A DNA stretch of 64,000 bases from the NCBI GenBank assembly GCA_964016885.1, contig OZ024747.1:86924001-86988000 (forward strand), written 5' to 3'. The stretch's first letter is position 1. Each line of letters opens with the position of its first letter. This DNA comes from Eledone cirrhosa. Taxonomy: Eukaryota. Both the position numbers and the translations under genes were made by a program. Positions 32,601 through 46,601 of this stretch are shown here, one piece after another. A model generated the notes under the pieces. It was not told the origin of the DNA. It did not search any database and saw nothing but the letters and a program-made list of their open reading frames with translations.

Positions 32601-33412
32601 TGATTTTTTTTTTCAAATATATAAGCATATTGGCTCATATTTTCTTTCTGGTATACATTAATCAGATCAATAAATGTGTATATTTATAAGTGTACACACA
32701 CACACATACACATACATACACACACGCGCACATACCCGCATATATATATATAGATAGATACATAAAATATGAAGATGAAATAAAGAAAGATATTACAGTA
32801 AAATACTATTTAAAACATATAAATATACAGTATTTCATTAAAGCTTTTTATGTTATAAACATTTTTATGAATGGCAAGAGTTTATATACTTTTCTTGTAT
32901 AACAGGGTTTTCGCATTACGTTTAATCGATGTTTAACAACAATATCCATGTATACTATACCTTATTTTATCAGTTCTGCTGTATTTTACCAGTTCTTTTG
33001 CTTAACAACTGACTGGGTTAGTTGTTGCTTTAGCGTGCGGTCTACCACCATATCCCCCGTCTACGTTCTGTAATGATCTGATACAACCACCGAACCTCAT
33101 CTGATTTGTAGTGACACGCAAGCTATTGAACAAACATGGTTGTATATCGAAACAAAGTCTTTTATAAAATTAAAGCCATTAGTATTGAGCTTTTCCAGTC
33201 TCATCTTGATTACAATTGCTGAAAATTATTGAGAAAGGATGTAACTGATTTGTTTGTGGCATTCCTATACAATGGGTGTATCGTTAAAGGATTTAAATGT
33301 AAATTGTTGATTTGATGATTAAATGTTTGTCATAAATAATAAATTATTATTTAATATTATTCAATAATGATTATTATTTATGACAAACATTTGACCATCA
33401 AATCAACAATTT

Positions 33413-33605
33413 AGGGCGGTGGATTGGCAGTATCGGTAGAGGGTCTGACGCCATGCTTTGCAACAAAGAGTTACGGCCCTTTATGGTCTGAGTTCAAATC
33501 CCGCCGAGGTTAACTTTGCCTTTCATCCTTACGGGGTCGATAAATAAAGTACCAGTAATGCACTGGGATAATTGCTAGCCTTGTGCCAAAAGTAGAAACA
33601 ATTAT
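33413..33605 (+). mobile_element. tRNA-derived SINE, full length
   Basis: Same family as 12409-12598. Confidence 0.9.
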
Positions 33606-34165
33606 TTAACATTATTCAACTTGTTTTATCATTCAGCAGTATAATGTTTTATAGTTGTCGTAAACTGCACGCTGGCCTGGAAATGTGCAGGTAAACCGCA
33701 CGCCGAATTGTAAATGACCAGGTATAACGCTCTTTAAAGCGTAAATGAACAGGTAGACCGCACGCTAATGTGGTACTATCGGGTATTCAAATAATTTCAC
33801 CTGCTCAAACTGCAAAACTTATTCCAATTTTATACCATTATGGTGCTGTCCGAGCTTGTAAAAATCTTTCTATCGGCTATTTGTATATGAAAGAAGGAAA
33901 ACCATATTGGGTCAAGATTCACGCAAACTGTTACCACTTTCACAGATAAGCAACTTTGCCCACAGGCATCTTTCGCTACATAACTAATGACTGTCAAAAA
34001 TAGCAATTGTTATTTCAAGTGTTGCAATGTTAATCGATTTCCTGAAAAAGCGCAAACCTATACAAAAACTTCCATACACATAAGAAGTTCCATCTTCCGC
34101 TTCCATAGAAACACTGTTAGCACGTATTTCACACGAATTCAGAAGTGGTTCACTTGAATTATCTG

Positions 34166-35400
<1,235 letters not shown>

Positions 35401-35874
35401 CAGAGAGAGAGGGGAGGAGAAAGAAAGTAAGAAACAGAAAATTTATTCTCCCTCCTAAGAACATAAGAACAATAATAATTAAAGTGGCGTATAGAGAAAA
35501 TTGCTGATTAAGATTAGACTTCATTAAAGTTTATCGCCACAAGCAAAAAATATGTAAAACAAAAACATTCCTTACGAATTGAATACTTTCCAGTAAACCC
35601 GACTTCCAAGAAACACTTTTTCTATAGATTTTTATCCGCAACAAAGAACGCAGCCTTGCGTGTAATTTCTTTATAGTAACATTTACAAAATGGCGACTAC
35701 TTTATTATTTTTCTCTGTAAGAAGACTGACATGGTATTAACACGCTATGTTTAACTTTTGTTGCATTAGCTTTTAACCTATCTGGAATAGAGATTGTTTA
35801 ACTTTTTCTCTGATGGCAAAAATATATAAAGGTATGGTTATGGTTAAAGTGATACCAATGTGTGTATTATATAT

Positions 35875-35940
<66 letters not shown>

Positions 35941-37272
35941 AACAATTTGCAAACGAAACGAATATTATTATTAATATTCGAAAAACTCAGATTGCATTTA
36001 TTATATATATATATATATATATATGGGGGGGGGGCATGTGTGTGTGTATGTGAGTGTGTACATTTATATATATATATATGTATATGTGTGTGTGTGTATG
36101 TGTATGTATCTATGTACATGTCTTCTATCTTAGTAAAATATTTATAATTTTATTTGCAACAGTACACCACAAAATACGCTGTCAACTGATGTACTACACC
36201 CACGATGATCCTGATAATCATCTTTTCTACATAACTGCTACTCTGTTTCATACCCACATAGCACCACATACTTCCATTATCGGACACACAGACACGGAAA
36301 TATTCACTTCAACTTCCACAAGGACATATTACATATATATGAAGAAGCAATTGCATCTGGTACTGACACTTGTCATATCAAACCTCGCAAATCCAATACC
36401 TTTAAGTTAATGGAAAGGATTAAAGGATGATATTTATCATCTAGTGGTTCTTGCTCCTTTTTTTACAATTACTACATTATGTTGTAGATACGTGCATTAG
36501 AGATGAATGTGTTCGGCTCTCGATTGTAAGATCATAGGGTCAATCCCCGGCAACGCGTTGTGTACGCGAGCAAGGCACTTTAGTTCACGTTTATTTCATT
36601 CCTAACAATTGGCATCAAATGGATTATACCTGTAATTCAATGGGCCAGCCACGTCACATAATGTATCACGTTTTGTTAGGAGTGCATTTTTTATGGAATT
36701 TTTAATCACTTTCACATTCATTTCATGAGCAGGCTGTTTTATTACGGGAGCGAAAAATAAAACACCAGTAAGAACTGGGGTCGATTTAATCGACTTTCCT
36801 CTCCCCTTCAAATTGTTTAGTAAAAGAAATATTTCAGTCTCTCTCAAACAAGTGCTCTGCAATAAAATATACATAATACATTATCATATAATATATGTTC
36901 TAATCTTTGGTGAACTATCAAATAAATGGTTATTTATCAGTTGAAATCTTGTCAAAAGCATCCTTGAGTTCCCACGATTTTCCAATTTGCTTTGCAATCG
37001 GTTTTTGTATTTCGATATCTAAAGAGGATTTGACTTATGATGCCTTCAGTTTTGCCAGCTGAAAAACCTAATCATGATTGCAGTTAATTATTCTTTTCGT
37101 AGTAATTACATTAAATAGTAACCTTCCCGACAATAAGATAAACCTTGATAGTCGTAACTAATAGTTCACTTGAAATAGGCACAATGTATACAGATACAGC
37201 ACACACACACAACACGCACACAACACACACACAACACGCACACAACACAACACACACATATAACACACACAT

Positions 37273-37385
<113 letters not shown>

Positions 37386-37635
37386 TTATGTATGCATGTA
37401 CATACGAGTTTGCTGTGTGTTTCCATCTGTGGCTCTGTTTCTATGATTGTTTATGATAATTATACGTCTGAAATGTTCTATTGTGAGTAGCTGTTTCATA
37501 GATTTTTCACTGATAAATCTTTTATTTCACTTACACCATTATACAATTTAGACACAAACAACCATAGATGACTGGGCAATAAGCTGTCATTATCAGCCAA
37601 ACTGTCAACCATTTGAAAAAAATAATTCATGCGCT

Positions 37636-37775
37636 TTCGTGTGGTTAAGGTGTTCCGTTCGCAAGGACTGGTTTTGGCTTCAGTCCCACTGCATATTGCC
37701 TTTGGCATCATTTTGACCAATACCCAGTGAGTGAGATTTAGTAGACGGAAACTGTGTGGCAGCCCATTGTATATA
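37636..37775 (+). mobile_element. Degenerate second tRNA-derived SINE family
   Basis: GTGTGGTTAAG...TTCAGTCCCACTGC...GTAGACGGAAACTG..GCAGCCCATTGTATAT tail leading into (TG)n. Confidence 0.5.
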
Positions 37776-39399
37776 TGTGTGTGTGAGTATTATATGTGTG
37801 TATATGTGTGTTTGCGTGTGTTTACATACACAATTTTTTATGTCCTATAAATTAGTGGTTCCACCTAAAAAAGAAATCGATAAAAACAATATCAGACATA
37901 AAAAAACTTGTACTTCGACAATATTTTCGTTTAAATCTGTTTAAGTCAGTGCTTCTGCATGGCTGCTATTACAATTCATGCACTGCAGACATTCCCAAAG
38001 TATTCAACTATATGATAGAACTCTCCAAACTTAACCTCAATGCAATAGAACTTGACTCTTTAAACAGCAATATCACGCTAAACTTTATAATTGATTCCTT
38101 AGCTTACAGTACTGAGTTCAAGTCCTCGTGTACGCAGAAACGTAGTTAATGGGGCGCTAAGAGAGGGTGATCATCCCCGGGTGCAGCTATGAGAGCACAA
38201 AATTCTTTTGGCTTACCATGCCTGTTAATTTACATTTTATTTTGTTTTTATTTGGTAATTTTGGAGTAAGGAGCAGTGTCAATGGACTTCACAGACCTAA
38301 GTCGATGCTGTAAGTTGAGTGAGGTAAATTTGTCTTTGCCAGCAGGTGCTGAGAGTTCTTTTCTATGCAACTACCTGTATGGTTTAGAATGATATGTGCG
38401 CCCCCCACGTTGAGGGTCACATTTGTAATAATATAATTTGGAACACGTCGATTTACATAGATTGTCTACGTAATAGAATTAGCGTGCAAAGAGGCTGACA
38501 ATTCTAAGAGCGGTTATATTATTAACTATTCTTAAAGCAATTGTTAAATGAAACCAGCGTGTCATATTGTGATAGATTCGCATAACGTCACTAATCAGCA
38601 TTTCTTACCGTTTGAAAAACAGCATGAATAATTTTATTAAGTAATAAATTCATCCCCCTATTTTCCATCCAGCCATCCATACATCCACTAACGCAATTAT
38701 TTTATTCATTCGGGCAAATTAAGCAAATTGATTACAGTGTCAATAATTAATACTTTAGATGTTGTTTTCTTAATAAAACCATATTCGAAGGGAAATTAAA
38801 TACAAGCATTGAAGTTTCCCTAGTGTTTCCATAATCTAGCAAGCTTCTCTTTGAATACAACCATAACACAATACATAATAACAGTTGGTTAAAAGTTTAC
38901 TAAAACAATGAATTGGCAGTGTCGTTAGGGGTGTTGATTAAATGCCTCTGTATTTACTCCAGCTAACTAAACTCAAATCCCATCGAAATCAACTTTGCCT
39001 TTCGAAATCAATGTTCATTTATTTATTTATTGAATCATTTTAAACATCTGTATAAAGCTAGTAAGCCATGACAGATTAGGGGAGGTATCAAGTACCCCTT
39101 ACAGTTAAGAAACGAAATCAAGAGATAAAAAATTAGGAAAAGCCAGCTGGAGACATAATAGCATACATAACATACAGACGTGACCAGTCCAGTACAGGGA
39201 TTTATTCTTCCTTAATCTCTCGTTATCACTTTTTCTCTTTCCCTCACCTTCTCTGAAAGAATGGATTGTGTTCAGACGTACAGAAAAATGGGTCACATCG
39301 AGTTTTAAATGCCCAGGTCACGCCGTGACAGGAAGGCACTCTACGACTACATCAATCTTTAAAGTCGCTTTCTTTTTTATTTTTCTAATACATTTTCCA

Positions 39400-40020
39400 A
39401 CTATATATTTGTCAAAAGCATTATTAACCACATTGCCAAATATGTGCACTGGATGCTCTGCCACTTTCATGACATCCAAACCTCTGGCAAATGGTATGAA
39501 CATCAACCAAAAACAGTCATGGAAAATGGCAACATATCTATCTTGTGGGATATGCCTGTGATAACTGACCGAGAAATCGCTGCCAACAGACCATATATCA
39601 GCATAAAAATCAAAACAGATTGGACATGTAGCCTTATAGATATTTCCATACCAGCTGATAAGACTACATCTGTAAAAACAATGGAAAGGCTGTCAAAATA
39701 CAAAGACCTGGAAATAGAGATCAACTACATGTTGAGCATGACCACAGACACTATCCCTGTGGTAATAGGAACATTAGGATTAATACCCAAATCAACAGAC
39801 CTGCACCTTAGCGTCCTTCCCTGCAAGGTCAGTAAATATGAGCTACAGAAGATCGGGCTACTAGGAACAGTACACATTCTCAGACGAATTCTCTCTCTAC
39901 AATGAAAACATCTATTGCCCTAGGTTCAAGGCCTGAACCCAACAATAGAAAAACGAAATAATACAATAACAATTATTATAATAATAATAATGACAACAAT
40001 AATAATAATAATAGCAATAT
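39400..40020 (+). pseudogene. 3' fragment of an R4/Dong-like non-LTR retrotransposon (restriction-like endonuclease) with (TAA)n tail
   Basis: HIAKYVHWMLC..WYEHQP..ILWD..TDREIAANRP..LIDISIP..KYKDL..PVVIGTLG; AAT-repeat tail at ~39960-40020. Confidence 0.8.
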
Positions 40021-40455
40021 TGATAATATCAAAATCCGATTCTCAATAAAATGTGAAACCAAATTCTATAATCTTTCAATAACAAGCATGTGCCCGGCTG
40101 GTTTAATAAACTGGTCGTTAACGTGAATGTATTGGTATTGCGAAATTAGTTCCTGAAAAATCTCAAAGAAATAATGATAATGACTCTTTACAAATTTATG
40201 TTGAGATCAATGTAACTACCAGCTGTAACATGCAATGCAAAATTGATCCTCGTACTACTAGAAACAGACACAGAGCGAAAGTAATTACGTAAGGAGTCTT
40301 GATATTCTAACTCAACAATATTAAAATAAAACATTCACAAAAGAAAACAGTATGATCACTTGCATGGCTATAATTCACTCTTTCCATATCAAAATACAGA
40401 TAAAGAAGACGTAAGTTGTAGATTACCAAACAACCAAACTTATCCTTATTATATT

Positions 40456-40646
40456 GACAGTATCAGTTGAGGGTCGGACTCCATACTTTGCAGCATAGAG
40501 TTACGGCCCTTTATGATCTGAGTTCAAATCATCATATATCAAATCGAGGTTAACTTTGGCTTTCATCCTTACGGGATCGATAAAATAAAGCACCAGTAAT
40601 ACACTGTAATAATTGCTGGCCTTGTGCCAAAAGTAGAAACAATTAT
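40456..40646 (+). mobile_element. tRNA-derived SINE copy
   Basis: Same family as 12409-12598. Confidence 0.8.
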
Positions 40647-40654
40647 AATTCTAA

Positions 40655-40944
40655 CTAGCAGAATGGCCCGGCGTTACTCGGGATTTGCTCTAGGGTTCTT
40701 ATATATTTGATATATATTTATCCTTATCGAGCCTCGTGAAATAAATGTTTGTTTATATTTTGTTATTGTGTATGCAAAAATATCTGTACACGAATATATA
40801 ATTATATATATATATATATATATATTAAAATAACAGATTAAAGTTGAAGCAAAGAATCGCTGCTTTCACCCTTAACGGGATCTTCTGAAACTAAAAAAAA
40901 ATCAATCTGTGAACGCAGAAGTAAATATTTCGAAAAACGTTACA

Positions 40945-41020
<76 letters not shown>

Positions 41021-41337
41021 TATATATACATATATACACACACACACAGATAGCGACGTCATAATGTCGTAATGCAGACAGCCAGACATACAGACAGATA
41101 TTATAAAGGCGCAACGTTATATCTATGTATCTATCTAAAAAGATAGACTATGAATTATAGAGAGAGATCGCTAAATCGCCTAATGCCGTTCCTAGGGCAT
41201 TGAAAATTTGAAATATTATTTGCTCAAAACACTCACAGCACCATAAGTATTACATGTGTAAAGTTTGAAAATAATCGGTCGGGTGGTTCTTGAGTTTTAG
41301 GCAGTCAGACAGACATTCTCCGTTTTAGATATATAGA
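40655..41337 (-). mobile_element. Non-autonomous Helitron
   Basis: Minus strand A|TCTATATATCTAAAA at the 5' end; 3' hairpin CCCG-AGTAACGC-CGGG 8 nt before CTAG|T; AT target with no TSD. Confidence 0.7.
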
Positions 41338-42687
41338 TGAAGGATTTTACCCACGATTCTTATATAATTTTGAAAATAATCAAATTTGAAGAAAGTTAAT
41401 AAAAACATAACTTTCTCAATATTAAGCTGCTGTTTGGAATACTACTTTACAAGGATTCTTTCATAAATTATGATGGAAAGTTTTAGATAAATATAAACAC
41501 TTTAAGATAAACCGTTTTGTATTGTAGATCAACTGACGATTTCAAGTGGTTTGGAAGAATGAAAAGTGTTTCAAAGTATCTATTTTCATCTTTCTCCGAT
41601 CTGAGTTGAGTCCTCTCAAGGTCAACATCGATATTTTCCCTCAAGCCAGCATGGTTGAAAAATTAAATACCAGACATCTTATTAGGATGTTTTAGTCGAA
41701 TATTCGCATTTCTCATAAATATGTAAACATATACGAATTTATACTATAACAGCTGTACAGCACATTTTGTTCGACTATCATACGTAAACGCTATGATCTG
41801 TTAAAACCGTTGTAAAATTAGGTTTTACAATTTATGGAACACAAATGAAAGTAAGAAAAAGAATGAGTGGTATCATATGTTCTAAATGTTCTAAAATAAG
41901 ATCATTCTTGGCATAATCTACAAACATAGATTTGTTAAGATTTAGTGAAGAGGCTGAATATTACTTATGGTTATGAACTGGTATAAATAGTAGATATTTA
42001 ATGCCTGCAATATACATAGCAATATATATATTTTGATGTTTGCTCAAAACAACATTGAACGTATGTCATCTGGAATGTTGCTGATAACTCTTTACCAATC
42101 TTGTAATGCGACCGGTGGTAAATCAATGTGTGTGAGCGTGTGTGTATAATTGGTATTGATTACTTACTTCGACGTTTCGCCGACGTAAAACCGAAATGAA
42201 ACCTTGGTTATTTATGGCCTGGATTCAAAAGTAAATAATTTAGTAAACAAGACGATTGTGTTAAAAATATTCACTGCCGGCCAGATTAGTAGTAAATAAA
42301 TATGTTTGCTTTAACTTGAAGGTACATATTACAAATATTTACTTATCTGATATATAAAGTACGTTATCTTTTATAAGAAATGTTTTTGTATATAAGCGTT
42401 TTGTGTGGAATTGTTCATGTTTATGAGGTGGGGAATTTTGGAGTGATATATTTCAAATAGTTTCTTATTGTAGGGTATTCGTGTATGAGGCATCTTGTTC
42501 GTGAAATACATATATTGGTATTTCACTATGGTGTCCTGGGTATATCAATTGTCTGCCATAGTGGAGAGTATTCTTCTGTCGAGGCTGCATTGTGTGAGAT
42601 CTGCCTATGGGTAACAAGATGGCCGCCAATGGACATATTTACCTTACTAATTAGAGGGTCTCTCTATCACCATCGAGCCGAACCATA

Positions 42688-44018
42688 AAGTAGTAAACTT
42701 CCTAGACGTTACCCTGGATCTTAACAATAACTTATATTACCCTTACCATAAACCAGGTGAAATACTTACATATATTAGCCCACACTCTAACCACCCACCG
42801 GCAGTCATCAGAGCAGTAATCAAATCTATCTCATATAGGATCTCCATGCTATCAGAAAATGAGGAGATATTTATAAACCATGCAGCATATTATAATAAGG
42901 CTCTTTCTGAATCTGGTTATGAACAGTCCATTTACTACATACCTAAATGCCATATCACAGCAATTCACCACAACCATAATAAACTTAACACTAGAACTAG
43001 AAACACCTTAGCATATAGCCAGATTTGCAGGAATTTTAGCAGTAACAGCACTTATACAGGGAACCTTAATGGTGGCAGTGGCCTGCTTCCCACTCCAAGT
43101 AGCAAATTAAAAATCAACCCTAGATAGGAATGAGCAATGGGATGACAAATAACAAACGCCCAGGTAATAATAACCCCATGAAGGCCCCTACCAACTCCAC
43201 TAGAACCCCTAGAAGGAATAGGCCTAGAAATATCACCTGGCTTAACCCCCCCATTCTCATCTAATCTAGCCACTAATATCCCTAAACGCTTCTTCTCTAT
43301 CCTATCTAAACACCCCCCCCCCAACCATAGATATTACAAACTCTTTAATAAAAATAACATTAAAATCTCATTCTCCACAACACTTAACCTAGCTAGCCAC
43401 ATCGCATTGAGTAACCATCATAAACTAAGACAGTATAACTCCCACACCGCGGTACCACCACCCCTATCAAATACACCACGCCACTACACCAATATTTACT
43501 CTAGTAGCACACCCCCATCTAATCCCTCTAGCACTGACCAACCGCTTAGGTTAAACAACCCTACTCTCACTAACCGCAGAAGTAACTGCAACTGCCGTTA
43601 CCCTAATGTATGCCCACTAAATGGACATTGCCTGACACCCAACATAGTCTATAGGTCCACGGTTAAAACTGCTTCGCAGACCAGCTCATATATCGGGCCT
43701 ACCTCTAACCCTTTTAAGGTACGCTATAACGCGCACTCTTTTTCCTTCCGAGACCATAACAACAGATGTTCGACATCTCAAGCTAGGCTCATAAAAAACT
43801 TTAAATTAACCAACATTGAACACTCACTAACATGGGATATCTTGGCTAGGGCCCAACCGTTGAATGGACGAATAAAATCTTGTGAACTCTGTCTTACCGA
43901 AGCATATTACATAACTCTATCACGACCTCTACCGATTAATAATAGAACGGAGGTAACTATTAGCTGTCAACATCGAAGGGCTAATTCCTTCGCCAACAGA
44001 ATATTTGACCCAACATAG
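42688..44018 (+). pseudogene. PLE thumb, linker and GIY-YIG endonuclease (interrupted)
   Basis: KVVNFLDVTLDL..YYPYHKP..SNHPP; CNCRYPNVCPLNGHCL..NIVY..YIGPTSNPFKVRYNAH..CELCLTE..NNRTEV..CQH. Confidence 0.9.
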
Positions 44019-44372
44019 TCATCTAGCCCCATTTTTACTTGTAGCTAATAAGTTAAATAGCTATAATTAACTTAGATAATTATAAGTTAACTCCCTTACA
44101 TTGTCTCTCAATTAAAAAATTAAAATATTAGCACTTAACTATAAAATACCCACAATTTCTAATCTCTAGAGGAGTTACTTCCCCTGAAACGATGTCCATT
44201 GGCGGCCATCTTGTTACCCATAGGCAGATCACACAAAATGCAGCCTCGACAGAAGAATACAACTCCACTATGGAAGACAATTGATATACCCAGGACACCA
44301 TAGTGAAATACCAACATATGGAACATTACATTTATGTAACATTCTTTCCTTTTAATTTATATTCCTTTTGAA

Positions 44373-44491
44373 GTTCCGATGAGCTGCTCTATTTCTACCT
44401 ATGTTAATTATTTTCAACTGAACCAGATCAATAATGATATATAATCATTTGATCCAGAAATAGTATATGGAGTAGCGAAACAATTGTAAAC
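44373..44491 (+). ncRNA. Type I hammerhead motif (CCGAUGA) with large stem II
   Basis: GTT-CCGATGA-GCTGCTC..GAGTAGC-GAAAC-AATT-GTA-AAC. Confidence 0.6.
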
Positions 44492-44502
44492 GGACATTAT
44501 TA

Positions 44503-44603
44503 TTGACTTTGCCTTTCATCCTTACGGGGTCGATAAAATAAAAGTACCAGTAATGCACTGGGTATTTGCTGGCCTTGTGCCTAAAGTAGAAACAATTATT
44601 ATT
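44503..44603 (+). mobile_element. 3' half of tRNA-derived SINE
   Basis: TTGACTTTGCCTTTCATCC...GTAGAAACAATTATT. Confidence 0.8.
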
Positions 44604-44715
44604 ATTAATATTATCATTATTATTCTCTACATTCCTTACATCAAACTAAAATATGTTGACAATATTTTAATTATGTCTTCCTTGTGAAATCTGTGGTCTT
44701 GTTTCGCTTAACTAA

Positions 44716-44749
<34 letters not shown>

Positions 44750-44750
<1 letters not shown>

Positions 44751-44940
44751 CGAAGGAAAATGTGGTAAGGAACCAGGTGGACCATAAGGCACCAAAGTAC
44801 TCAACACTTAGGGTAGTAGAGTGGGTAATAGGAACGAGTGGGACCCTGATGGCTGAGCTCAAGCCGTTTCGACGGCAAATTCTGGACGCAGAATTAGCCG
44901 TCGAAACGGCTTGAGCTCAGCCGTCAGGGTCCCACTCGTT

Positions 44941-44945
<5 letters not shown>
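44750..44945. repeat. Hairpin-ended dispersed repeat (family of 2683-2865)
   Basis: Arms ~44829-44883 and ~44889-44945. Confidence 0.8.
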
Positions 44946-45001
<56 letters not shown>

Positions 45002-45653
45002 GTATATATATATATATATATGTATATATCCATGTATATATATATATATATATCCATATATATATAGATGTATATATCCATATATATATATATATGTATA
45101 TATATATATGTATATATCCATATATATATATGTATATATCCATATATATATATATCCATATATATATATGTATATCTATATATATATATATGTATATATC
45201 CATATATATATATATATGTATATATCCATATATATATGTATATATATATATATGTATATATCCATATATATATGTATATATCCATATATATATATGTATA
45301 TATATATGTATATATCCATATATATATATATATGTATATATCCATATATATATATATCCATATATATATATGTATATCTATATATATATATATATGTATA
45401 TATCCATATATATATATATCCATATATATATGTATATATCCATATATATATATATATATGTATATATCCATATATATATATATATATATCCATATATATA
45501 TATGTATATATCCATATATATATATATGTATATATCCATATATATATATATGTATATATCCATATATATATGTATATATATATATGTATATATCCATATA
45601 TATATGTATATATCCATATATATATATGTATATATATATATATGTATATATCC

Positions 45654-45685
<32 letters not shown>

Positions 45686-45866
45686 GTATATATCCATATA
45701 TATATATATGTATATATATATATCCATATTCTATTCTAAGGCGGGTAAAATTCCCGAGTTCCATGGACGAGTTCTCTCCAGCGGTTTCTGTCCCTCATTA
45801 TCGCTGCCAGTGGTTGATGAATTAGCTGTCTCAGACAAATATAAAGAATATCTATATATATATATA

Positions 45867-45941
<75 letters not shown>

Positions 45942-46055
45942 CCATATATATATATATATATGTATATATCCATATATCGATATAGATATATATATCCATA
46001 TATATATATATATATATGTATATATCCATATATATATATATATATATGTATATAT

Positions 46056-46107
<52 letters not shown>

Positions 46108-46110
46108 CCA

Positions 46111-46143
<33 letters not shown>

Positions 46144-46291
46144 CCATATATATATGTATATATCCATATATATATATATGTATATATCCATATATATATA
46201 AATATGTATATATCCATATATATATATATATATATATATCCATATATATATATATATATTTACATATCCATATATATATATGTATATATCC

Positions 46292-46351
<60 letters not shown>

Positions 46352-46364
46352 GTATATATATATG

Positions 46365-46404
<40 letters not shown>

Positions 46405-46510
46405 TATATGGATATGTACATATATATATATATATATAGATATAGATATATATATATGTATATATATATATATAGATATAGATATATATATATGTATATA
46501 TATATATTCA
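44946..46510. repeat. Compound (TA)n/TATATCCA/TATG array with a unique island at ~45730-45848
   Basis: Direct reading. Confidence 0.9.
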
Positions 46511-46601
46511 TATATAACTTTGAATAACTTTGAAATGTTTTGGCCAGTATTGGCCCAGGCCATGTCTAACTTAATAGCACCACCTGGCGAAGTCTTTCAA
46601 T

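Larger units (their letters stand above)
42509..44500 (+). mobile_element. 5'-truncated Penelope-like element with inverted pLTR piece at its 5' end
   Basis: 42509-42636 is the inverse of 44192-44320; thumb and GIY-YIG coding region; terminal HHR. Confidence 0.85.

Noticed and set aside
33655-33770. CRISPR-like spaced repeats
   Set aside because: Degenerate 30-bp period with no distinct spacers, eukaryotic context and no cas genes.
33984-34165. Possible host exon after a TTTCAG acceptor on the minus strand
   Set aside because: No recognisable protein similarity, donor site or partner exons; it would need RNA-seq.
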